A DNA stretch of 64,000 nucleotides from Dimorphilus gyrociliatus (lineage: Eukaryota > Animalia > Annelida), in the NCBI GenBank assembly GCA_904063045.1, contig CAJFCJ010000024.1:186001-250000 (forward strand), written 5' to 3'. This document shows, one piece after another, positions 48,987 through 60,318 of the stretch (positions are counted from its first letter, which is position 1; each line of letters starts with the position of its first letter). The notes under the pieces are model-generated. The model was given only the letters and a program-made list of their open reading frames with translations. It did no database searches and had not been told where the DNA came from. The position numbers were made by a program, and so were the translations under genes.

Positions 48987-50199
48987 ATTGTATCCTTTTT
49001 TCGTTCTCTTAGTCTTTTATGTTATATTTTACGTTGCAAATAGGTAACGGCTAAGAAAAAAATTAACTAAATTAACTAAATTTAACTAATCCAAGTAATC
49101 GAGATAAGTTTAGTAATAGTTTTCTTCCTATTTTCTACGTCTGCGGAATTACTTCCTTTGTCGGCAAAGAAGATTGTCTCAGCTATACTGATTCATTTGA
49201 TAAATGCACCAAATATATTACCAGACTTGCAACCTATAATACTGATAACCTTTATATCAGTTGTTATCAAGTCTAATAACATGACGCTGTTACCACGAGT
49301 GTCAATCTAACCTAATATTCCCATTTAAAGTGTTAATGAATGAAATAAATTATTAAATTAAAGTTATGGCCACCTCAGCTATTCAATTGTTACATTTATA
49401 TATTAATTATTATTTAAAATACCATATTTAGCAAATATGTGACAATCGTCACTAAGTCAGTCTAGGAGAAATATCCTCTATTCTGAAGGTCGTAATTTAA
49501 AGTTCAATATTCTTTTATCGTTTATAATTTAATAAATAAACAATAATTGAAGGTTTATTCAAAAAAAAATATAACTTGAATTTTGAACTTCAACATGTAT
49601 CCTTACTTACTTAACATTCAAACACGTGTTCAAGTTCTAAACAAGAATAGGAAGATGCTGCCTTGTAATATACAGCCTATATTAACTGCAATACATATTA
49701 TTCTGTTATAATCTCTGTTTTCCTTTTCTTTCTACTCTACTCTTTCCATTAACAATTATCTTAGTAAATGGAAAATTTCTCTAACAAATTATTCATTGAA
49801 TAAAAGATATCTTGTGCAAAATATATATCTGATTGCGTAATCAATAACTTTTCTAACAAAGATATGTGTTTATACTATATTTAACATCTTATCCTTTTTA
49901 ATAGAAAGCATTTTTGAACTAATAGACCTAGTTAAACAAGAACTCAATTCAGGAAAAATATATATAATGTATAATAATAAAAGTTTGATTTTGTTCCTAT
50001 ATGTTATCATTTATTCAACTAGAGACAAAGCCATCACTTAGATAACATATAGTACAAGATGGCTTAAGATAAAGTTCAAGCAGAAAGTATAATAACTTTC
50101 CACAATAAGAAGAGTTTATAAAAGAATTTAAATAATTTATTGAATTCAATTTAAATTAAACGAAAATTACATAATTATTAAAGCGCAATATAGCCTTCT

Positions 50200-50264
<65 letters not shown>
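50200..50264. repeat. Poly-C followed by (CT)n microsatellite
   Basis: Direct reading. Confidence 0.95.
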
Positions 50265-50268
<4 letters not shown>

Positions 50269-50874
50269 CCTTAAATTATTTAGTGAATTCCAGGTGAAAT
50301 GTAACGATTTTGGTGATTATTTCTGATGAAAATTTCCTATTTATATAATAAATCATTTCAAATTACAAGAAGTAATAGGCGAAAAGGAAGAAATAAAAGC
50401 TTTATTGCGTTTGAAATTCACTTTCCACTTATAAATAAATATATTTATATATAGAAATTTCATTGTAGTTGTTCAAGCGAATTGAAAAATTAGTAATAAA
50501 GAAGAAATGAAAATCAATAATAAATGACAAGAACATCTTTATTGTTTTATTTTTGTAGGATAACGAGAAAATTATTTCTTGGTTACCGATTTTAATTGTT
50601 TGGTTTTTTCAATATTTCTAATGATTTAATTGGGTAATAAATATTGAAAAATGTCTAAATATATACTTGTTTCATTTGAGAATGAACACGCAATATTTAT
50701 TCTTAGGATGGTAACAATGGAATTAAATTTCACACTTGCTGCTTTATCCGTTGTGGAATTCGACTCAAATTCTCCTTACATAATCCTCTTATCAGATCAT
50801 GGGAAAAAAGGAAATAATCGGCTTATCTTTACGTCTTTCGCAAACAGATAACCTATTTTGAATTACGTAATAAG

Positions 50875-50888
50875 CCGCTAGATGGCCT
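50875..50888 (+). promoter_or_regulatory. CTCF-like motif CCGCTAGATGGCCT
   Basis: Near-consensus core between MS4A copy 1 and the XKR 3' end. Confidence 0.55.
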
Positions 50889-51075
50889 TAGCGTGTGGTT
50901 GGGAATGTTTAATTATAGAATTCAAATCCATATTAAACGCTTAAATAGATTTTCTTCTAAGTTTCCGTTCAAACAAGACTTGAAAGAAAAAGTAATCGTT
51001 GTTCTGATATTTTATGAGTCATTGGAAATTTTCAAATGCGCGATTAGTGTTTTTCAAATGTTCGATTACTTAGAA

Positions 51076-53530
51076 TTAACAGTGGCCTTTCGACTCTTCT
51101 ATAAATCATTTTTCTGATTTCATAATGTGTCTATATACATATAAAGTATAGAATAAAAGGCATAGTCGTTATGATTGCTTATTCAATTTGTTAATATTTT
51201 ATTTTATATTCTAAATTATGTTAATTAAATAATTTCTTAATGTTATGTAAAAATTTTTTGGCATAATTTAATCAATTATTAGAATTTTCTTTAGACTTAC
51301 CACCAGAATTTGTATTCGGTTCGTTAATTTTATAAGGACTGGCTCCATCTTATAAAAGAAAAGAAAGAGGTGAAAAAAGAAACAAGAACAATATTGATAT
51401 GTTATATAAAATATTATAAATTTTAATATATATATATATATATATATATGTATACAGTATATATATATATGCAAGAGTGTACATGCGATTAAGTAAAATA
51501 CATATTACATTTACTAACCTAATTCGCAATCTGTATAGTTAACATATTCAGCTTCATCTTGTCCTGTATTTTTTCCACATACGAAAGACTGCTCCTGATC
51601 AATAGCTAAGTTTATCAAAACAATAAAACTTTAAAAAGAAAAGACTGAGAAATGAATCGCTTTTGCAAAGCTTACCTTTCTTACTAGTTGCAGTATCCTC
51701 GAATTCGCTATAAGAATCTTCACTGAAAGTACTATACGCTAAAAGTTAAAGAATTATGTTGTTAAAAATTGTTGGTTTCTATTTTTTTCTCTTCTTTTCT
51801 ATTATATTTCTTTTAAGTCAATGAAAGCAAATATATACCTCTGTCCGTTGTTGTATTGTTACTTCTATCTTTGAGCTCTGTACGGAATTGCATATATACT
51901 TAGTATATGATATACAGTATATATATATTTATTTATTTATATAAAGCTAAGTACTGGCTACAAATACTGTGTCTATTTAAATAAGGTAGCTATTTAGATT
52001 ATAGGAAAGTTCGATACCAGGCTCGTTTTGACTAACTTCGGCTTCTACGATAAGAATAGAAGAAGAGGCAGATGGTTCAATTTCACACACTTCGTCAATT
52101 GTTGGTAGACAATGCGAATCTAAAAAAAACTATGAAAGCATTCCAACAGAAGAAATTTGTCGTTTTTTACTAACCATCTTTTCTTTTATAGCAAGATGTT
52201 TCCGCTTCTTCGTTTGTTGATTGAGTAACTTCACCATCAATTTCATCCTTAGATCTTAGGCAAGTTGGTATCAATGGTAAAACATTTATAGATAGACGCT
52301 TTTTCGGATAGACACTAGGATGAAGTCCACTTCTATACCATCCCATAAGTGCTATGCCGAGAAAGAATGTCACCATTATGTAAACACTCAACTCGGATTT
52401 TCCATAGTTAACACTAATAATTATTATATTTTCTATAAATATAATAATGGAAAAGATACTAAAGTCACGCAAATAATTCTTATTTGATCTCTTATAATTG
52501 AGTTTAAAGTAAGTAAAGCAGAACATCCATGTTGCATAAACTCGTAGAGAGAATTTTGCAATTTTACCATGAGGTTCAATTGTTAGAAAATTTACATTTC
52601 TCCATCCAACGAAGAGAATTGACACGATTAACATGTGAAGTGCAAGACCAATTAGAGCCCACGGTAAACCAAAAGCGGTAGCTAACATTCCAATTGCTAT
52701 ACACCTACTTGATAAAGAGGCCAAATAGGAGAAATACTGAATTATAGTTCCAGGTAGAATACTTAAGCATTCCCCCCTCCATTTTGGTAGTTTTTCGCTA
52801 ATATTTTCAGTCTTAATTGATCCGAAATAATCTATCATTGTAAAAGAAATACAGCATATTGACCAGGTAAGCGAGAGCATTCTCAAACCATCTGGAATAG
52901 ACAGTTATTAATCATTTTGTTGGTATTGTGTAAATATAGAAAAGTTGACTTACTAAAGTTTCCTTCATGAATTGAAGTTTGTATTATGGCCTGCGATGTT
53001 GATTCCGTATAAACCTTGATTAAATCAGCTTGACGAGCTCTAAAGTTCTCATAACAAATTAACTTTCTGAGAATAGCCTTCTTTCGAGTATCTTTACTTT
53101 TACTGTATCTATGGCATAGCATCAAAATCTCCACAAATCTGACTACCACGCCCAATTGCAATACTGTAAATACATATCTCAATATTGTAATTTTAAGGTT
53201 GGGAACATATTTCTTTCCCAAGTTTAATTCAACAAAATATGTTCTCTTCTCAGTCCAGCCGCAATCGTCGGATACATATATATATAAGGTTACTATGCAG
53301 AGGAGAAGTAGTGAGAAAATCAGAAAGACAGCTGTAGCGTCAGCATATTCCTTCTCTCCAAAGCAATAGTGAATGATTAGAATTAAGTCAATTATAAGAC
53401 TTACGAAGAAAGAAGTGGCTGACAAAATAAGAGGAATAAGCATTGATATACTTAGATCTCTATAATCAATAAAGCTATTGGATTCCATATTTTTAGGCGG
53501 TAATCTCTCTTCGTAATCGTTAATTGACAT
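51076..53530 (-). CDS. XK-related (XKR) phospholipid scramblase-like protein with a long acidic multi-microexon tail
   Basis: Two large exons with XKR motifs (IDLILIIHY, LQLGVVVRF, YTESTSQAIIQ, SRCIAIGMLA, FIENIII, WYRSGLHP), followed by short phase-1 exons. The 3' end (51076) is tentative; the first ATG is at 53530. Confidence 0.78.
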
Positions 53531-54067
53531 ATCCAACCTCCGGTCTAAATCCTTATAAAATATTGAGTATTATAGCCTAGTTTAAGATGAGTAGCATATG
53601 AAATGAAAACAATTAAACAACTAACTAACTACTCATCAACAAACCAACTTATTTTTCATTGCAATACAAAATATAAAACTAAATAACAAGTTTATTCAAA
53701 GAACAATAAGAAAAAAAACATTCACTTCTTTGATATTTAAATGAAATTTTGAAGGAAAAAAAACCTGATATTGTTTTGATAACGAAAAAGAAATTGAAAT
53801 TGGCAAAATGATAACTTCCTTCAAATACTTTCTTCCATTTTTCCCTTAATATACTTGTTGTCTTTAATATAATTTCTGCTATATAAATTAGTTTTCGCAA
53901 TAAGTGAAAAAAAATCCAGTAATAAAAAGTAAGATGAAAAATTGAGAGAGAAAAATAACTGGTAGACTCTTTTCCAACTTACAAAGTAATAAAGAGGAAA
54001 TATTTTAATTGATGGGAAAGTAAACAATTAACATATTGTCTATTACATTTTTTCAGAGGTTTCCGAA

Positions 54068-55060
54068 TTATTCATGATCGTAGTAAAACGTACGTGGAGC
54101 ACAGGGCAATTCTATGCCATATGCTGCTGGACAAGGAGGATAGATTGCTGTCGTTTCGACATATATAGGTTTTGGAGGCTGTGTGTTTTAAAATATAATA
54201 AAATTAAAAGAACAAAAGAGAAGAAAGAAATGTTTTTAGCATATTTTATTTTGAGCTATTGTTATAAACTTACCGATTTGAGGTCTATGCAAGAGAATTC
54301 ACCACCTAAGCAAATATGACATTGTATAGAAGAGAAAATCACTTCACTAATACCAGTAACTTCAAAAACTATATAAATTAATATAAAGATGTCCTGTGTT
54401 AAAAAAAAGAAAAAAGAAAATAGATTAACTAAACTAAAATTTAATTAATTAATTAATTACCAATTCGTCAATTCCTAATTTGTAGCATGTTCTCAATCCA
54501 AAAATCCCTAATGCAATTACATATACGGCAGATACCAATGCTAGTATAGACACAAGAAGGCACCCCGTAAGCTGAAAAGAGGAGGCATATGAATATTAGT
54601 AGTCATGTTTTTCTTGTAACGATTAATAAAATGATATACCTGATATTTATTGTTATCTTTCTTGGAAGCATATATGCCTATTATTCCAGCTCCTATTGCT
54701 GAAAGGCCACAAATGAATCCACCAGAAAGATAGCATGCTGTCTTTAGCTCAGCCCGCTTTGGTAAAACCACACCTAAAAAGTTACAGAATACCATAATGC
54801 ATCCCAGTACTATTTGGTAACACCCTATCTTTCTACAGGCTCTTCTGTGAACTACTCTATCAATTATCATAGATTGAAAAATGACCTAGATGAATAAAAA
54901 AAATAGTTTACTAAAGAGTGTGCAATCGATATATTAAAGTTCAATTACTTACCTTTCCCTTTTGCAATCTGTGCTTTGAAGAGTCGCATTTGTTTTGAGT
55001 TTTAATTGCATCTTTATCGTCAACTGTTGATTCTTTAATGTCATTTTTTTCCCCCTCCAT
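54068..55060 (-). CDS. MS4A/CD20-like four-TM protein, copy 2, 5 exons
   Basis: All phase-0 GT-AG exons give IGCYQIVLGCIMVFCNFLG...SGGFICGLSAIGAGIIGIYAS|LTGCLLVSILALVSAVYVIALGIFG|DIFILIYIVFEVTGISEVIFSSIQCHIC|PPKPIY...; the GxxQIxxG and E-x-x-x-S patterns are typical of CD20-like proteins. Confidence 0.72.
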
Positions 55061-55654
55061 GACAATCTTTTTACAGTCTTACGCAACCTTGAAAGAAGCA
55101 TTTAAAGTTTATAAAGTGGTTAATAGTATAAAATAAAGATTGAATAAATTGCAGATTAACTTTAAAGCAAATTAGCAAATGAATTATAGATGGTTTTGTG
55201 AATAAAAGACTTACAAAAGAAGAAGAGGGTGCCTTCCAAAAAAAATATTTGTATCGGAAATGGAAATATTTTAGCTACCGGAAAATGTAACGATAAATGT
55301 GATTGGCTAATGATTTGCCTGGTGGGCTTTCCGGTGTTTTTAGATTGAATATTTAACTTATTATCTGATAAAATAATAATCTCTGATTAATTATTGTTAT
55401 TAGATAAATAAATAGATATCAATTTAGTTAAATCATATTTGTAGCCCGGAAAACCACTTTTGTTTTATTGAAAAAAAAAAATCATGATATAGTTTTTATT
55501 TATAAATTCATAGCAATTCAAACAGAAGATATAAACGCATAACACGATTATTCTATTAATAAACAATAAATATATCTTACTAGTATGCTAATAGAACTCA
55601 TGTTTAAATAACTATATACCTTATTTCTTTATAACCCAATTAGTAATAAACATA

Positions 55655-56508
55655 TTAAATATGTCTAGAAATCGTATTAAGATTGTCATCATTCAGGTCT
55701 GTATCAACTGATAGATCATCGTTCTAAATTGAAATACAAAATTATTAAATATATTAGATATTACATGTTTCTTTTATATAAAATATACTTGATTATGAAT
55801 GATGTTTAATGGACAAAAAACCATAATATTTAAAGCAGAGATTACGGCTAAGCATGAAGAAAATATTGCCTTTAATAAGGATAATGTTAACTGAAGAGAT
55901 TAATAAAAAGAATTAATTTGAATTTCATATATTAATATATAATTAAAAGAAATTTACATAGTCGTCTTTATTTGTTTGCTTTGAGGCTTGTATCAAAAAG
56001 TCTTTAAATGCCAAAAGACTGAATATAATTGTAAACAATGATATAATAATACTCCCCATTTCCTAGAAGTTTATACATAAATATACATAAAAACAAAGAT
56101 ATTTGATAAAAAAGAATTATACCTGCGATGCCCTTTCCCTGGAATAAGTAGAACTATTTGCAAAAAACCCGGAAGCAATAGCTAAAATACCAGCTATAAA
56201 TGACGAATCCATAGTTAACATATACCAGGTATATTTCTCTAAAGATAATCCAATATGTAAGAGATTTAGGAATATGATGAAAAATCCCAAATTAATTAGA
56301 GATAGGCCAAGTATATATTTTATTCTTTTACCACACTTTTTACTTATCAATTGTTGATTTCTAATCTAATTAATAATAATTAAAGAATACGTTAACAAAT
56401 AAAAGTACAATAAAGAATTACTACCTCATTTTCATTGGTAAAATTCATATTTTCAGCTTGTATATGTAGTTCTAGATTTTGGCCTTGATGATTTAACGGA
56501 TTTATCAT
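55655..56508 (-). CDS. MS4A/CD20-like four-TM protein, copy 3, 5 exons
   Basis: Phase-0 exons give ILGLSLINLGFFIIFLNLL...SFIAGILAIASGFFA|GSIIISLFTIIFSLLAF|LLKAIFSSCLAVISALNIMVFCP|acidic tail*; same exon layout as copy 2. Confidence 0.68.
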
Positions 56509-57160
56509 TTTTCTGTTAGTGTTAACGAAGTTAAATTTTAGTTTTAGTAATAATAATCGAACGTTAAATAACTGGATATATTTTAATAAAAGTAGTTGAT
56601 ATTCGTTGGTTATCGGATAGAAACAAATAAAAGAAAACAAAGAGAGAGAGAGAGACAGAGAGGGAGAGAAAGACAGAATATGGAAAATTTTAATAACAGA
56701 CATTTAATATTCAATATTTCAATAAAATTCAATAGAGATAAAATATTTCTTTTGAAGTAATACAAACTTAACACAACAGTTTATTACCAATTTGTTAAGC
56801 CAGTATTTACAAAGTGATGAAGAGACAACTAGACTGTATATAATCTTAATCTGGGACACTGTTCCTTTAAAGTATATAAAGTATATATATAGAAAATCGC
56901 ATATTTCTCAATAATGTCAATTTATTATAACTGCAAAAGCTGAAAGAAATTTCTTTTCAAGTCCAAAAAAATAGGGAAATGTTTTTAAAAGTTCATGAAA
57001 AAAGAGTGTTTTGATGTTAGTTCTTCACTCTATTTCAATACAAATGAATCTATGTATATATAATTAATAAAAGTAATATCACACCTTGTTTATATTAATT
57101 TTTTAAGGCACAGCCAGAGAAAAATATTAAAGAGAATAGGAAAGGGCGAGAGGATGGGAG

Positions 57161-57172
57161 GAGAGAGAGATG

Positions 57173-57224
<52 letters not shown>

Positions 57225-57237
57225 GAGAGAGAGAGAG
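57161..57237. repeat. Compound (GA)n/(GACA)n microsatellite
   Basis: Direct reading. Confidence 0.95.
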
Positions 57238-57905
57238 GGTGGCCAGATGACTTGTGCGGGAGAGCACAGGACAGTATCTAACTAAGAATTAGGTTGTTTA
57301 ATTTTCGAAATTGATTTATACTATGGATAAATACTCATTTACTACTTGATAATGCTCACAGTATTGTGTTATATATTCTGTTAATACTTGTTTATATGTT
57401 TGTTAATATATATTATCGAGTCACTGTGTAATTCTTATCTTTATAACGAATTAATCGATATATATTATTTTAGCACGTTCTTTTATCCTACTTTTATTCC
57501 AAATTTGTCTTTTGCTACTTGTAAAATAATTAGGATTAATTTTTCCTTAAATTAACCAATAAAACTTCTTAGGATTTAAATAGCGGAAAAATCAAATTAT
57601 AAGGCAAAATTAGCGCGAACTTCATTAATTATGTATATTCAATGGAGAAATCATTATTTACTAGACTCCCAATTGAATATTGGTAGCTATCTTCAGTATA
57701 TATTAGTAAACATAAAATAGTTACGTAATAGTTATAAAAAACTTGAATGTATCAGTGGAACAATAATAAAAAAGAGAAGTATATGGACATGTTTTCTTTT
57801 TGCTTTTAACTTTTTTTTCCTTTATAGCTAAGGGGAAAAGTATAAAAAAAGGGGAAATAAGAATTTATATTAACTTGACATGAAACTATCTCTGTATATC
57901 CAGCT

Positions 57906-57909
<4 letters not shown>

Positions 57910-57944
<35 letters not shown>
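57910..57944. repeat. (AT)n microsatellite
   Basis: Direct reading. Confidence 0.95.
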
Positions 57945-57945
<1 letters not shown>

Positions 57946-58523
57946 TGTTGATATATATGAAAATCTCTTTCTTATTATCTCTTCTTCTATCTACCACTCT
58001 TGGTATTTTGTCTAAGGTTTTGTCTGTGAAGTATAAACTAATGACAGTCGACTAAACTACAGAAGTACGTGATTTTTCTTTAATCCCTAAACGAAACAAT
58101 ATATCATTATAAATACTGTATAAGTATTGAATTATTACCTATATTAAATGAGAAAAATTTAATCTTTATTGATTAAAAAATGATAATAACAGTACATAGA
58201 GTCAATAGACAGGCAAGTGAAAGGTAAAATATTACATTCATATTTTTAATGTGATATTTCTTTTATTTTTTCAAATTGTCTTATAAATACTTTAATATCA
58301 ACTTTCTCTTTTACTACAAGTTTTTTTACAGCGCAAAAGAACATAAATATTACGCTTAACTTATTATAAAGTAAGTAATTAAATAATAGAAAAAAGTTAG
58401 ATGTCCTTTTCTCTTTGTTTCTATTTAAAAATATCATTTTTTACATGTTTTCCTTTTTTTATATTTAACGAATCGATAATTACTTTGTTTTTTTATAGAT
58501 TGATTATGCTATTCTATTAATAG

Positions 58524-59406
58524 TTATTTATTTATCATTCCATAGGATGGCGGTGGATCATAACCACTATAGGGCGGTAATCCCTTAACATCAGCTGGAG
58601 GTGCTGTATAAGATACTGGTACAGTTTCCTGTTGATAGACAATAGTATCACCGTGTCTTATTGCTGTTGGATCTTCCTTTTTTAAGTAACAATATCTGAA
58701 CATTAGGAAGCCTGCACTTATTAACAGTAAAGCCCCTGTAACAGCACACCCAACTTTTACCCAAGTTCCGAATCTTTTCGAATTGACTTTTCTCATTTCG
58801 TATCTAATCCGAAATTCTGAATCCTCTTTTCCAGAATGAAAAATAATGTTCAACTCCTTACTCTGCGTAACAGTTTCTGTATTGTTTGGCATTGATGAAC
58901 ACCAACGTTTTGAGAACGATTCACTCCTTATTTCGAAATAAGCTTTGTTGCAGTCATTATTGCCGAGTATGATTAATTTCTCCAACTGCAAAAAAATAGT
59001 CCATCGTGATGATTTTTTTGTTTTTTTCACAATCCAACATTTTGTAGCTGAATCGCCAAAACTTCTCTTGTATACAAAAATATCGATTTTCTTATTAGAA
59101 GCGATTAAAGTTGCTGTAGAACAACCGCTTGGTAATCCATCATTTCCTGTTAAATAATTTCTTTTCTTTTATTTGATTATAATTAAAATTATGAAATTAT
59201 TTTGAACATTTATTTAAAAAATATAGAAAGTTCTTTAAACAATGAACAAAATACTTATATTACTAGTATTTTTCAAGTAATTAAGAAGAGAATAGTAGTT
59301 AATTATTGGTAAGTTTAATATTTTTAAGTAATAGCTAACAAATTAAGTAGTTACCTGCAATAAAAAATAGAAGAATAACTATCATTAAAACTGTTTTAGT
59401 ATCCAT
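58524..59406 (-). CDS. Type I membrane protein with a single CUB-like domain and cytoplasmic PY motifs, 2 exons
   Basis: Signal-peptide exon (MDTKTVLMIVILLFFIA), CUB-like Cys pattern (C..CWIV..C..YFEI..WC..ELNIIFHSG..FRIRY), TM (VGCAVTGALLLISAGFLMF) and a tail with LPPY and PPSY. Confidence 0.72.
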
Positions 59407-60318
59407 AGCAAATTTATTTTACTCTTCTCCCATATGTAGCAGCAACTGATCGACCTCTAGCTATATCGATTTTCTTCTCTATAAACTATTTAGGTAACAT
59501 ACATATATTATAATAAATTTATCCCCCCTATTATACCATTCCATTTATAAGCATATGTATATGTTTAAGTGATGTAACGCGTATAAATTACATTTAAAAA
59601 ATCATACAATGTATGACAAAGGTTTCATCTCAAAATATTCAATACTTCTAATATATTCGTAGTACTGTTCAAATCTGAAATATAACTCCATAACAATAGA
59701 TGAATATACTGTATTTATATATATTATATACAAGAATTAATATGTATAGCGTATTCTAATTATTGTTACTTTCAAGAATTATATAATGATTCGGCCTACA
59801 ATTACCAGTTAATAAGTAGAAACTATTTTGTGAACGCAATACATAAAACTATGTATTCAAATAGAATATATTTTCTATATTATAATAATAATAATAACGT
59901 TATTCGGAAGGTAGAAGTACTAAATGTGTCAAAAACATTTTTTTAAACCTATAGTGTAAGCAATAATGTCTAAATGAGATAAAACAAAGCACATACATGC
60001 GCACGTACGCACCCAAATATACAAAAGAATAGGAAGGAAGGTAGAGAAAGGAAAGGAATAAAAAATAATAAAACATAGGAAATTAAAGGAGAATAACAAA
60101 GAATATTTATGTTTTTATTAATAAAATTTGATTAAATCTCTTCTTCGTCTTCTTCTTTTCCTGCTTTTCAATTTCTATTTGAAGTTATTCATTGTGTATG
60201 TGTGCTTTTATTAATGTTACGACATTTAGACACAGATAGACAATTAGGCAGATGTGAATGAGCCAGTGAGAGGGAGAGAGATAAATTATAATATTTTCGC
60301 AATTAAATTGTTATAATA

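Noticed and set aside
23469-51474. Numerous 60-110 aa AT-rich ORFs in introns and intergenic DNA (e.g. 23469, 25814, 28260, 35571, 40579, 43440, 46979, 50651, 51268)
   Set aside because: Low-complexity Ile/Phe/Lys/Tyr composition, often non-ATG starts, or antisense to real exons.
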